Shown here in pieces: positions 28,831-41,560 of a DNA stretch of 58,842 nucleotides. The DNA is from Cyanophora paradoxa CCMP329 (lineage: Eukaryota; Plantae; Glaucophyta). Position numbers and translations under genes: made by a program. The notes under the pieces were generated by a model, which saw only the letters and a program-made list of their open reading frames with translations, did no database searches and was not told the DNA's origin. How positions within the stretch are numbered: position 1 is the first letter of the stretch; the number at the start of each line of letters is the position of its first letter. The DNA lies in contig QPMI01000504.1 of assembly GCA_004431415.1 (NCBI GenBank), positions 1 to 58,842 of the forward strand. The letters are read 5' to 3'.

Positions 28831-29237
28831 CCCGCAGCGGTGACGGGAGCTGCAACGGGCCGCCACGGACACGAAAGGTCACATAGAAATCTCGAATTAC
28901 GAGCAGCCATGCGCGCTCTGTTGACGCGAAGCCTTACCCCCGTCCAGACCCCAGTCAAAGTCAAATCAAAAGCAGACTCAAGAGCTCAAATCAAAGTCGA
29001 ATCTCAGCGAGCTCAAATCGAAGTCCTACCCTCAAATCATCTTTGATCGAAGTCCAACCCTAGGGCCTGCCGCAGTGCCATCGTTGATCGATCAGAGTCG
29101 ACGTCCATCGATCCTCGGGTTATATTTACTAAGTTAGGTTACTGCGTAATTTAAAGGCAGACGTTGCATGATGCTGCTGCAGGAAGGCAATCTGTCCTGT
29201 GCACCTAGTCTTCCTCGTGTTTCATTGAAAACGCCAA

Positions 29238-29392
29238 GCATTTGGACACGTATTAAAAACGCACTGCGGATGTACTACAAGTGTGGGATGTACTGCAGCC
29301 GCCGTCGCCGCGGGCCCAGCCCACCAGCAAGCTGGGCAGCGGGGCCCTGCGTGACCCCCTAAGCTTAAGGGGAGTAATGCTCCTCCCCCGCG
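29238..29392 (+). mobile_element. MITE family B copy
   Basis: GCATTTGGACACGTA..CTACAAGTGTGGGATGTAC..CGCGGGCCCAGCCCACCAGC..GGGCCCTGCGT. Confidence 0.72.
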
Positions 29393-29767
29393 CCTCTTGG
29401 CAGTGGGGCCCGGATCCGGAGGTCGTCTCAAAACAATTCATGCAATAATATCGCCAACTTAAATTTGGGAGAGGGAGGGAGGCGGGAGGGCGGGGAGGGA
29501 GGCGCGCGCCGGCGGCGGCGGCGGCGGCGGACCTTCCCATCGCCACCGCAGAACCGCAGAGCACCCTTTCGAATGACGAACTGCGAGCCGCGCGCGGCGG
29601 ACGCCCGCCCGGCCCACAAGAACCGGTTCTGCCCCAGGCACGCGGCACGCGGCCGCACGCGCACGTGGCGGGCCCCCCGGCGGGCTCCCAGGAAGAACCA
29701 GTTATCTTCCCCGGCGTGCGCACGTGCCCATCGGCAGAATGGAGGCTGGACGAATTCGAAAGTTGCA

Positions 29768-29830
29768 AGTTGGACGAAAGTTGGACGAAAGTTGGACGAA
29801 AGTTGGACGAAAGTTGGACGAAAGTTGGAC
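29768..29830 (+). repeat. 11-bp tandem repeat (AAGTTGGACGA), ~5.5 copies
   Basis: Directly visible. The same unit recurs at 39152-39205. Confidence 0.85.
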
Positions 29831-29869
29831 GTCGTAATCGCAACGTTAACGTTAACTTAGTAACTTAGT

Positions 29870-30534
29870 AACTCTGATTCCGATCGTAATCGCAACCCTG
29901 ATTCCGATCGTAATCGCAACCCTGATTCCGATCGTAATCGCAACCCTGATTCCGATCGTAATCGCAATCGGTCGTAATCGTAGCTCTAGCCAAGGCCTAT
30001 CGTAATTCTGGGTCGTAATTCATTTGCATGCATTGCTCTCACATTGCTCTCATGATTACGACTAGGTTTAAGGCGCCTTCGATTACGATCATGATGGGAT
30101 AACGATTACAATTTAGGCCCGGCGGCCCTTATGGCATGAATTGAAATTGCGATTACGATGTGGAGAGGAAGCTTCAGCTTATAATTAAGCTCAAGGCCTG
30201 ATTGAGATAGGAAGCTTAAGCTTAATAATAAGCTTGCCAAGTTGCAATTGAGACCTCAACCAACTTTTTTTGGCAATTAATGACCAATTAATGTCACAGT
30301 GTGACTAAGTTACATATATATTCAGGTACCCGGTGACCGGTATACGTACCAGAATCACTGAGCAAAAGTTAGCTGCAAGATTCTCAAACACTGACTGACA
30401 GTTCAACCGTGAACGGTTGCCAATTTGCTCATCAGAGTCAGCTAGCGCTGAACCGTTGACCCATGGGACCCATTGACCCACAAAACCCCTGGATTGCGAT
30501 AACGACTAGGGGTTGGACGACGAAGCTGAAGGTA
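29870..30534 (+). mobile_element. Dispersed repeat family A, copy 2 (internal 24-bp unit in four copies)
   Basis: Reverse complement of 13387-13913. CTGATTCCGATCGTAATCGCAACC occurs four times here versus twice in copy 1. The 3' part is shared with 41750-42058. Confidence 0.85.
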
Positions 30535-30619
30535 GGCCACGGACGTCTTAGCCCACACAGGCGCAGTTCACAGATGCAGCTAGCTAGCAGCTAGCTCACG
30601 TGTCTACGCTGAACGCAGA

Positions 30620-33600
30620 TCAAAGTCCAACCCTCAAACCCCGGCTGTTCTGGGGGCAGCAAGGGGAGGCTCAAGCAAGGGGGGAGGTTGGCCTCCCTTC
30701 TTCAGGGCCTCGAAGAAGAGCGAGTAGCTCTTGTAAGCCTCGGCGTCTGCACAGCGGTTCAGATGTGTTCACTATCCAAATAAGTTTTCTTTTACCTGTG
30801 GGGTCCGCCGAGACACTCGCTCGAAAATGCAGCTCCGCTTTTCCCAGATCCCTTCTGACATTCTGAAGGAATAATGCGTAGTTGGTCTGCAGGCAATGGC
30901 CACAAAGCATCAGCCGTGAGCTAAACACTGCAGAAAGCCGTGCAACAGACCAAGGCCTGGGAGAATCGTGGGTCCGCCTCGATCGCTCTCTTGAAAAGCA
31001 CCTCGGCACCATCATAGTTTTTCCGAACGTTCTGCAAGAACAATGCATAATTGTTCTGCGCATTTGATGCCGAATCATTGATCAGCACAGTGCAGCCGAT
31101 GAATGAGGAATCTCACCAAGGCCTGTGCATAGCGCCTGCAAGGGCCGAAGGAATGAGATCGGACTTTCGACAGATAATGCAATTAAAAAGATGCTCACGG
31201 ATCAAGGTCGATAGCAAGCTTGAACAGTCTCTCGGCCTCGTCGTAATCCCGACCAACTTCGCCACCTGAGCCCGGATGACAAATCCCCAAAGCGTGTGGG
31301 GCCAGCGGAGATTACCATCTCGAATTTTGACGAGGAGAGTTGCATACGAGTTGAGGGCTTGAGGGTGCCGCGGTTCTGCTTCGAGCTACGGGAACATTGT
31401 CAAGTTATGAAGATGGCAAGCTGAACAACAATTACCGCCAACTTGTAGTAGACTTCAGCCTCGTGAAGGTTGCCACGAACGAAATGCAGAAATATGGCAT
31501 CTTCGGAGAATCAACAGGGAAGGGCACAGAGTTGGGAAAGTGACGTACAGTTAGAGAGAGCCTGAGCATAATGTGGGTCGTTTGCGATGGCGGATTTGAA
31601 ATACGACTGTGCCGAAAACAAAACAGTGTAAGAAGGCGCCTGTCCCCGACCTGCGGCCCCCAGTGACTCACCTCTGCAGCATCGTACTTCTTCTTAACGT
31701 TTTGTAAAAGAAGAGCATAGTTGTTCAGTGCGGGAGAATACTGCACGCTATCAGCACGAAAAAAAGCTTTGTTTTAGCGGTCAAAATTGGCACCTTTGGA
31801 TCAGCTTTGATTGCCCTCTGGTAGAAATGCTCTGCCTGCTTGAAGTCTTTCTTGACGTTTTTCAGGAACAATGCGTAGGAATTCAATGCCGGTGCAAACG
31901 ATGGGTCCGCCTGAAAACCCGCAAACACCATTCACAAGGAGGCACACACACACAAGTCTGGAAAAAATCACCTCAATTGCAAGCTGCGTCTACAATCAGT
32001 AGCGGAAAGGGTAAAAGAGATCCGAGGTCCCTCACCTTGTAGTGCTTCTCTGCCTGATCGTAGTCTTTCCGGACCTGCAATCATTTTGTCAACGCCCTGA
32101 CCTTCTGCAGGATGCACAGCACATACCTTCAAAAACCACATTGCGTAATTGTTCTGCAAATCAGTCAGCACCATTCGCAACAGCAGAAGCAAAAGCTGAG
32201 CACCAATGCGTATGCAAAACGTGGCTCCGCTTCGATGGCCCGTTTGTAGAGGGCTTCTGCCTGTGCATGCTCTCTTCGGATGGACTGGAGGAACATCGCG
32301 TAGTTGTTCAATGCGATCGCGTAGTTCCTGCGTTACATGTCAAGAGTGCATCTGCAAAAGGATTCACAAAAAAAACAAGCAGACGGATTTGCTTCGATCG
32401 CCAACCTGACGACAGCCACCGAACAGGGAGGTTCAGAACAAAACCCGGAATGACTGAATGCACTTACTTATAACACATCTCAGCTCGGTCGTAGCGCTTT
32501 TCGACCTATGAAACGTGGATTCGGAACGACAACAGCACACTGCGCATTATGAATCGTTCTCGAACCTTTTCCAACAATTGTGCATAGCTGTTTAGAGCTT
32601 GGTAGTTTCTTCGATCTGAACCCTGGCGATGAGTTGCCAGTTTTAGCCACGATGGGGCGGAGCTTGCCTGCTTCAATTGCCTTCTTGTAATAGAGTGCAG
32701 CAACATCGTACTTCTGCAACACCTGCGAGAGATCGAGTGCATGCCTTTCAAACAGCAAACATCAGGTCAGATGAGCAGACCTTCTCAAGGAGCACTGCAT
32801 AGTTGTTCTGTAAAAACGCATCATTGAGGGCATTGCGGGCCTGCAAAGGCACATACCAGAGCCTGGGAGTTGCTGCCATCTGCCTCGACAGCAAGCCTGC
32901 GAGTGCCAAGGATAAGCAACGATAAAACGCCCAACATTCAAAAGAAATACTTGTAGAATCTTTCGGCCTCTGTGTAGTTCTTGCGTGCGTGATGAAGGAG
33001 GACTGCATAATTATTCAAGGTCTCAGAATCAGCACGGCCTGTGTCGATCGCTCGCCGATACAGGCCCTCTGCTTTATCGTATGCCTTCCTGATGTCGTGA
33101 AGCAGGACAGCGTAATTCTTCAACGCTTCGAACTGCAGCACGATCCGTCAGCTCTTCAAGTGAAGCCCACGCCTCAATCGGAGTCTCACGTATGACGGGT
33201 CAGCATCCAAAGCACGCTTGTACATGCCCTCAGCAGCATCGTGGTCCTTGCATGCGTTTTCGAGGAAAACGCCGTATGCCTGCGGAGGATTTTAGCTGAG
33301 AAGCAGCAGAGAAAGCACGAGACAAACCGTCAATGCAGGAGCACAACGTCTTCCCGCATCGACGGCACGTTTATGCATGGTTTCTGCAGCGGATTGATCT
33401 CCCCTGCATTTGTCCAAGAAGGAAGCATAACTGCTCACAATACATCGCATCACGAAAAACCATGCAGAGGGATGTGGCCGCATACCGGGATAATGCAAGC
33501 GGATTCCGTGGATCTGATTCCACCGCACTGTGCACCTCTTGAGTCGAACAATGCGTACCAAAGATAGCAACATGCCTCACCGCCGATACAATACGTCAGC

Positions 33601-36008
33601 AGCGTCGGGCTTCTTCCTAACGCGCTCCAAGAAAGTAGCGAAGCTGCAAAACGGCGGCTAAATGGAAAAAAATGAAAATGTAAAGTACTGAGACCAGAGA
33701 GGGACGAACCTCGTGAGCAGGTCGCCATCCTGAGGCCACTGGTCCAGGCCTGCTCGAAAGTACGCCTACGCACATACAGGTTCGCACCATGTGACATGTT
33801 ACGAATCGAACAACGCACAACTTCGCACCTCTGCCTGGTTGAAATTCATTTCCTCAATGCTCTGCTCGCCTAGAGATACGAATTCGCGGGCCGGCAGCTG
33901 GGGAGGTTGCCCACCCCTCCAGTCTGCAGCTGGACCCATGTGCCCACCAGCACCGCCAGATACAACTTCGTTGTGATGCAATATGATGGCACCCCTTGCG
34001 CCACCATAGCCGGTGGGAGTCACGGGAAGGGACGGGGTCGGCGGCACGGATGGCTGTGCAGCAGCAGCACTGGGAGACGACATCCCTATCGAAGCCTCCA
34101 AGCGCTCCAAGTCCGCAAGCACTGAAGCCATACTTGGGCGTGCAGATGGGTCTGCCTTCCAGCACCATTCCATCACCAATCTGAAACATACAAGTGAGCC
34201 AGGAAACTAACATGCAATTTGAAAGAATTCCGTTGTCCCGAACCGAAGCTCTGGAATGCAGTCAGGAGGAATCGTCAGCCGTCTGCCTTTGTCCACTATG
34301 AAGGACTCGATCACCCTCCAATCAACCGCATCGGGAAACGGACTTTGACGCGTGGCAATCTCCCACATTACCACTCCGTAAGAAAAAACATCCGCCGCCG
34401 GAGTATACCTGCCTTGGAATGTCAGCCAGAGTATCGGACCTTTATGAGAGAGGATGCACCGTTGCATCCGCATGATTTCCGGGGCCATCCACGGAAAGCT
34501 ACCCACTTTGCCTTGCGTTGGCTCCGTGGTTGAAGCTATGGTTGTAGACTTGACGACAGCCTGCCCGAAATCGCTTAACTTGCAGGTTAGGTTCCTGTCC
34601 ACGAGTACGTTCATGCTTTTGACATCTGAATGGAGCGATTTCAATGATAAGAAAAGGCAGAGAGAGTTCAAGAATAAACCTCTGTGTACGATGATTGGCT
34701 TTTGGCTGTGGATGAATGCGAGCGACGCAGCGATCTCCTTCATCATTCGGACCTGGCGAATGTGGATGATTGGATTACAGGAAGAACATCTTGAAACCCG
34801 CAAACGCTACCTTCTGTAAGAGATTGATCTCAATCTTGGTGTTTCGAAGCACATCCGTCAAATTTCCTTGCATCAATTCGAGAACAATGCAGAGGGGGGC
34901 GCTTCCATTCCGCCTTGTGCACGCTCCTCGAACCGCGACAATATTTGGGTGGTTCAGGTGGAAGTGCAAAGACACCTAAAGCATCTGTTGGTCCATGCAG
35001 CGAAGTAGGGTTTGATCTTTGGTCGCACGCACCTCTCGCCGAAAATCTGCAAGATCATTCGCAGACAGTTCCTGGACCCTGAGCTCTTTAATAGCGACTG
35101 GCTTTCCCTTGTACGATCCACTGTACACGACACCAAACGTGCCAGCTCCAATCACTTTTCCTCGAACCAAGGATCCGGGGTCAATCTCCCAGTCTGCAAG
35201 GGATCAGAGGTCACCTTCCCAAGCCAGGCAAGAGATCAAGTCACCTCCTCTTCCGCCATCGGTTCCCGACGAAGCTAATTTTTCCCGAGACGACTGAGAC
35301 GCTCTAAGGAAGGAGACTGCCTGCTGTATACTTCGCCCAGCTTGACCGGGTGGGCCTGCACATAGGGCGCAAGTAAGAGAAAACGATGACAAAATGGAGG
35401 CTTGCACGCACCAATAGCCTCGAAGACGAGCTCGAGTTTAGGCGGGCCAGCTCCTGACTTCCCCGAGGACTCGGCGATTCGATCCTCGATCCGCGACAGC
35501 TCTTTGTTCAGATCCAGCCTTGTGTCCTCACTCAACCCGCCCTGCTGAATGTAGACGAGCTGCCCATCTACTTCAAGATTCAAATCGCGGCTGAGCAAGA
35601 AGAGGCCTTGCTCGATGCTTGCGCAGCGGTCGGCGACGGAGAGCGTGCCCGGTAGAAAGCTCCGGAGAGCGGAGAGCGGGGAGCGGATCTCATCGAGCAA
35701 TACGTGCGCCTGTGATACGAGCTGCTGCAAGTTCTCAGCCGCTCCAACGATGATGCCCCGGTCGGGCGCGAGTCCCGCTCCGTCCTTCTCGCGCTCGTAG
35801 CACTGGTCGAACAGCAGCACGGCGCAGCAGCGGAGCCGCGCCTGGATTGCCCAGTACCTCTCGCGGTATTCTTTGAGCTCTCCAGCGCGATACGGCAGTT
35901 GGCGCGCCCCAAGCACAGCGAATAAGCTGGTTGGACGATGGCGGTCAGCAGCGCGCCGACAGACGCGCACGACTTTCAAACTGAAAGACCGCACCCGTGC
36001 TCGAGCAT
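30620..36008 (-). CDS. Tyrosine-kinase-like protein kinase with N-terminal helical domain and long C-terminal TPR array (many introns)
   Basis: GAGTFGVVY, VAIKEL, HRDVKSMNVL, DFG, WMAPE and DVFSYGVVMWE, followed by more than 12 repeats of ALNNYA.LL....K.Y..AE..Y.RAI..DP. Start and stop inferred from splice patterns. Confidence 0.9.
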
Positions 36009-36271
36009 CTTCTAGCGCTAGAGCGCTAGAGCTTCGGCTTCCGGCTGCTGCAGGGATCTCGCAGAGATCAGCAGCTAGCGCTCTAGCAGAGGTAAGGGAG
36101 ATCAGCGCTAGCTAAGCCAGCGTCACTGCTGTACCCTGCAGTCACCCTTACCCCCCCCCTCGTCTCAAAATACAGTAGCGAGCTGCAACTGCAGCCAGCG
36201 AGCAGCGAGCGAAAATTCAGCAGCGTGCTAGCTAGCTGAGGCATCTGGCTTGAGCAGTCAGCTCAGCTCAC

Positions 36272-38419
36272 ATGGAGGCGGAGGGCAGCCTCACAAAGAA
36301 CAAGGCGCCCGTGTACGAAGGGACGAAGCGCGAGCAGTATGTGGCAAAGCTCCAGGTGCCACGCCGTAGCTGCTCAGTGCGAATAGAGCTGGAATCAATA
36401 CGGACGCAGGACGACGCCGATCGGTTCACGCGCCGGATCGAACTCGAGCGAAGGCGTGTGGAAGAGTTTGAGAAGATGGTGTGCAGAGCGCTCGGATCCG
36501 CTGGCTGCACCGCTGCAGTGACGCTCGGCGCAGCTGAAAGTGATGAAGGCCAAAGTAGAGGAGCAGAGAAAGAACATGGGGGGCGTCTACGCCCAGAAGG
36601 AATCGCAGGAGGCGGTCGAGAAGCAGATTCGCATCCTGGAGTCGAGGCTAGACAAGGTTTCTCCCATACTTCGTTCTGCTTTTGCTCCATCGATCAATGC
36701 TGTCCGGTGCAGGCACTTTCAAAGTTCAACGAGGCTCTTGCACATAACAAGCAGTTAAGGGAGGAAATCGACAACCTCCGACGAGAGCGGAAAACCTTCG
36801 ATTCCATCTACAGAAAACTCGAGCAGCAACTTCACGATCGAAAGAAAGAGATGGCGAATATCATTGAGGTTGCGAATCTCATGTACGAGGCAAGGTTCGC
36901 AAGCTTTGCTGGGCCACAGCGCGCTTTTCGTAGACGCCGTATTTAGGGACAAGGCTCAAGAGGAGATGAAAGAGCTGAAGATGCAGTTCGACCGAGAGAA
37001 CGATGCCCACCAGGCACAACTTGCAGAATTGAATCAACAATTGCTGCAGGTGTGAGGTCACTGAGAATTCTCTTATTTCGAACTCACTTGCTTCTGCAGC
37101 TTGATGGACGCATGCGCGAACTGGAACTCAGCCTCCGCAGACCCATCGAATCTGTCCAAGAGACAAGGCATAAAAAGAAATCTGAAGAGATGGTTGTAGG
37201 TGCGTGTTTTATTACGAGCTCGTTGTAATCGCAGTTCCGGTAATCTTTGAGCAGATAAAGAAACGAAAGAGCGTCAGGAGAAACTCCGTATGTATGAAGA
37301 TGCTTTCAAGCGCATCCAGGTTCAGTGCATCTCCTGCGTTGATGTAGATGTGACGCAATTGACCCTCACCAGGACGTGACTGGCATTGAGAACATCGACG
37401 AGCTTGTAGAGCAGTTCATCAAAGCTGAAGATGAGGCTCGTTTCTGTTTTCTTTGAAAATCGTTCGGTGGTGAGATAGCTTCGCTTACCCTTCTGCTGCA
37501 GAATTTCGCGATGTTCAGGCGGCTGAACACGATGCAAGAGGAGATCGAGGAGATCGAGGGACATGTGCATGGCTTTTCTTTGGTAACCGAGTGATCGGCA
37601 ATGACAGCTGCGTCAGATTACGGATTTGAAGCGGGAAATCGTGGAATACCGCGAGAAGAACTCGATGAGCCAGACACAGAAGGGCCATCTCTTCAAGCAG
37701 CTCCAGGAACGAATTACAGAGACGGAGAAGAGGGCGGAGATGTTTGACAACAAGTACACGACATCAATCCACGTGAGCCAGCGCCCCTGCTACTCTCGCA
37801 GTGGAGTATGACTTCGAGATCAGGAACTAGAAGTCGTTTATGGCACCGTCAAGCAAATGTTCGAGCGAGCAGGATGCTCATGGGATGTCGCTGACTCGGC
37901 ATCTGGAGAAATATCAGAGTCAAACATCATGATTGCACTTGGTGCTGCTAATTTTTGGATGCTTCTGAAAGCATTCGTGCGCTGACAAATGTCTAGGTAT
38001 GATTGAGGAGAGGATCAACGTATTCTTGATGCGCATGGCAGCACAAGAGCCCCAAGCAGGGGGTGCAGAGGCGCCACCAGCAGTCCAGCCTGAACCTCTG
38101 CCTCCGGCGGCGGCATCTGCTCCTCATATTCGCCCTCCTGATCTTGAAGGGGGCAAGAATTACGACACGGATGAGAGCGAATCTTTGGAGGAACGCCCGC
38201 TGACTCGTGATGAAATCAAGGTGGGACCCTCGGTCGCAATGAAATGAAGGTGGTGTTTCCGTCTGACTTCTTTCACAGCGCAAGGTTACCAGTAAAGACA
38301 GCAAGACTAAGGGGAGCTCCGGGCTTCGTGGATCACGTAATCCATTGCAGCAGCCCCAAAAGCAACAAAGAGGATATACAATGGACATTCGTGCAGTTTC
38401 CAAGAATCCTGATCAATAG
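36272..38419 (+). CDS. ODAD1: Outer dynein arm docking complex subunit DC2 (CCDC114/CCDC63 family), spliced
   Basis: MGGVYA..KQIRILESRLDKALSKFNEALAHNKQLREEIDNLRRER..FDSIYRKLE, FIKAEDENFAMF and LGMIEERIN. Confidence 0.9.
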
Positions 38420-38467
38420 GCTGTGTGGACATTGGGCATCCGTGCAGATCGATCCTATGAGGCTGTG

Positions 38468-38850
38468 TTACGGGAAGACGTGCGATGCATTTTTGATGAG
38501 ACGCAAGCGCCATGAGCACCACTCGAAGGCCTCGGGCCCGCCGGCGGCGGCATAGTCGTACCCGTCCTTGCGGCACTCGAAGGCGGTGCCGCCGGGGCCC
38601 GTGCGCCCGTTGCGGCGCGCAAAGGCCGACGGCGGTGCCGCGTCGAACGAGTCGGGCATCGGGAGCGCCCGCCACCGCGCGTACTGGATCGTGCCGCTGC
38701 GCCGCGTTGGGCGGTGCGGGCGCGCACACCCGAGCAGCGGCGGGAGGCGCACCGGAAGGAGGCCCCGGGGGGGCACGCGATCTCGTAGACGACGCGCTTG
38801 TTCGGGTCCTCTAGCTGCGGCTTGCACCTGGAGCTCCGTGTAAGTGACGC
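38468..38850 (-). pseudogene. GC-rich intronless frameshifted coding fragment of unknown origin
   Basis: Protein-like frames CKPQLEDPNKRVVYEIACPPG and GTIQYARWRALPMPDSFD..FECRKDGYDY..EAFEW are joined by a frameshift. No start context; embedded in repeats. Confidence 0.35.
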
Positions 38851-39605
38851 CGGCGCCGCGAGGCGGGAATATTAATGCTGCCGCGAGGCGGGAATATTAA
38901 TGCTGCCCGTGCTCCCCCATCTTCGCCTGCGGGCCCCGCCGCGGCAGGCCCCCCCTCGTCCCCATCGTAGTTTGTAGGAACCCCAGGGGGAGTGCACGCC
39001 CCCCTTCAGAGGGCCCTGCCTGCGTCGTCCGCGGCTTCTCGCCCCCGTAGTTAGCACCGCCACTTCTAGCCTGCGTTGTCCGCGGCTGGTATGCCAGTGT
39101 TATCAATGTGCAGGATGTCTGAGCTTAAATCTACTGCGATTACGATCAGGGGTTGGACGAAAGTTGGACGAAACTTGAAACTACCAATTGGACGAAAGTT
39201 GGACGGAAGTATTACGGAAAGTCGGACGAGTTCTCATGATCAACGAGTACGTTGGTCTTCGATTCATGCGTACCCCTGCATGCACAACAGATAGGGACTA
39301 TCCTTGCAAGGAACCACCTTGCGTTTAAGGTGCATTTTTGGCCGTTTAAGGTGACCTTGCCAAGGTCGCAAGGTGTTCAAGGTGAGGGCAAGGTCCGCCC
39401 ATACAAAATTTTTGTATATATGGGAGCATGCATGCGCACAGCCAGGGCGGCCCACGTCTGGTAGAAAACCGCCTAATGCAAGCCAATCGCGACAAAGGTC
39501 AACTAAACTTGAAACCTGAAGATCTAGAAGCGATCAAGTATCAGTATTAGATGCAAGATTGGATGTTCGATCGAGTCAATTGTACCGCCCACCGCCTGCC
39601 ACCGC

Positions 39606-39865
39606 CCCGAGACGACACCCGCCGCCACAAGACGCGACTCGGCGATGCAGCACCCGCCGTGCGGGCACATGTATAGTAGCTATAGCTAGCCAGAGTGTTC
39701 GTGGGGAGGCGCATTACTCTCCTTAGGGGGCCACGCAGGGCCAGGCCGGCGCCGGCCCGGCCAGCTCGCTGGTGGGCTGGGCCCGCGGCCGCGGCGGCCG
39801 CAGTGTACATCCCACACTTGTAGCCCGGACCTGCGTTTTGAGTACGTGTCACAGTGTCCAAATGC
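39606..39865 (-). mobile_element. MITE family B copy (longest); a further partial copy lies at 40046-40121
   Basis: Reverse-complement homology to the 14499, 28644, 29238 and 20030 copies. Confidence 0.72.
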
Positions 39866-40120
39866 GAGACGCAACATTTAAATCCAGTGATCTACTCCGA
39901 GCTGCGCAATGAAAGAACCCGTCCAATTAACTCATTCAACTTGCATTGTGTTGACTAGATCACACCGATGATCAAAGGAGAGAGGGCCTTTTGAAGCTTA
40001 AGTTTCCCCTCAAGCTCGCCATGGCGTCGCTCCCCGGCAATCCTCGTGGGCTGGGCCCGAGTGGCCGCAGTACATCCCACACTTGTAGCCCGACATGCGA
40101 TTTTGATACGTGTCCAAATG

Positions 40121-40817
40121 CTAGTCCAACCTCTCTAACTCGAGCTCTTGGAGCTCGAAGATCGAGTGCAAGAATGCCTCGAACTGCTTGGAGCGAAGGT
40201 CTAGCTTGGAATCTAGCTGTTCGCGTTCGCCGACTAGCGACTGAAGATCTGCCTCCAGCACCTCGATTTCTCTGGCTGCAGTGTGAGCGAGGCGTTCGCG
40301 GGAATGACTTCCGAAATTTCTCACTTGGCAGTCCTTTGGCGGGCAGGTAGTTCGTTTACTTTGCGAGCAACGTTCTCGTACTCTTCCTTGAAGCGCCGCA
40401 ACGTTTTCTCGACCCGCACTTGGCCGTTCAGGTCCCCGATGGAGCTCTTTGCCTCTGCTTTGAGAGCCTCTGGGAACGGTGATAAGCGAATCTGAGCGTG
40501 TAAAGCGACGTTTCCGTACCGATGTCCTGTATCAAAAAGTGATGCTCCTCCTCCTCGCGTGCGGCGGAATCCGCAGCGATCTGTGCTTTCGCCGCGTTGA
40601 ACTCGAACAACGCCAGTAACCTGAGGAGCGTCTGGTGGAGCGCGGCACTGCGCGAAGGAGTATAAGTATCCGCAGACGTGGAATACGTGCCGCGGCACCA
40701 TTCCGCGGCGCTCGTGGTCTCAATGGAGGCGGAGAGCTTCAAAGCTTGCCGCAGGGCTTGCTTGAGCGCGGGAGTCGAGCCTACAAGCCGACTGCGGATC
40801 GCAGCATCTTCATCCAT
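40121..40817 (-). CDS. THOC7: THO complex subunit 7 (3 GT-AG introns)
   Basis: MDEDAAIRSRL..LALFEFNAAKAQ..REEE..KTLRRFKEEYENVARKVNELPARQRT..EIEVLEADL..LDLRSKQFEAFLHSIFELQ matches the THOC7/Mft1 pattern. The introns resolve the apparent frameshifts. Confidence 0.85.
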
Positions 40818-41560
40818 GAAAAGAGCGTCCCTCTTGAAGTGCACTCGGCACTCGCCCTTCTTGCAGCCCTCAGACCCAATACTTAAGCGTACCCCGGGTT
40901 CTGTGGTGTGGTAGGTCGGCGGAGCCAGGATGCTTTCCGCAGTGTACAACCTCCTCATGAAGGTGCGCTAGCTACGCCGGAGCTCTCATCCAGCAGCGCA
41001 GTTCCAGCCCGCGTTTGCGCGGCCGGCGCTAAGGAAGGAAGCGCAGAGGAACTCGGTTTACTTCGGAGTCATCCTTACGGGTGCTGTCGTGGGCGACATC
41101 GCTGTTCAGCGCCTCGGCGACGCAGTGTGGGAGAACAACAACAAGGGGGTGCGGACACGCTCGAGCCACGCCACCTCAGCGCTGATCCTCCTTCTTTGCG
41201 CGCCGCAGAAGCTATGGAAGGATCTCGAGACAAAGCTCGCCACCGGAAAGTAGAGTCGCGCCGGTTGGCCGATGGCCGCGCGCCCCAGACATCGTGTGAG
41301 TCACATGTTAATGCACCTCGCTCAGAGCCCGAACGAGAGCGGCGCGTAGCTATCGCCGATTAGGTAGGATGTTTCAAGTCGCAAGGCTAGCGTTCGCGGG
41401 CCGAGCTTTGGGGCCGATCTGCATTTGACGTGACAATCGCGGTATCTGGCTAGCTGTTCTAAACTAACTAGTACTAAAGTAGTACTCAACTAATGATGAG
41501 GGAAGCTAGCCGTGGCGGTTTCTAAACTATCGCCAAGTTGGCTTTCAATGAAACTTGAAA

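Noticed and set aside
29768-29967. 11-bp and 24-bp tandem repeats as CRISPR or interstitial telomere
   Set aside because: Simple minisatellites without spacers, unrelated to TTAGGG.
40121-40958. Frameshifted coiled-coil pseudogene or first viral gene
   Set aside because: Three GT-AG introns restore an intact host THOC7.
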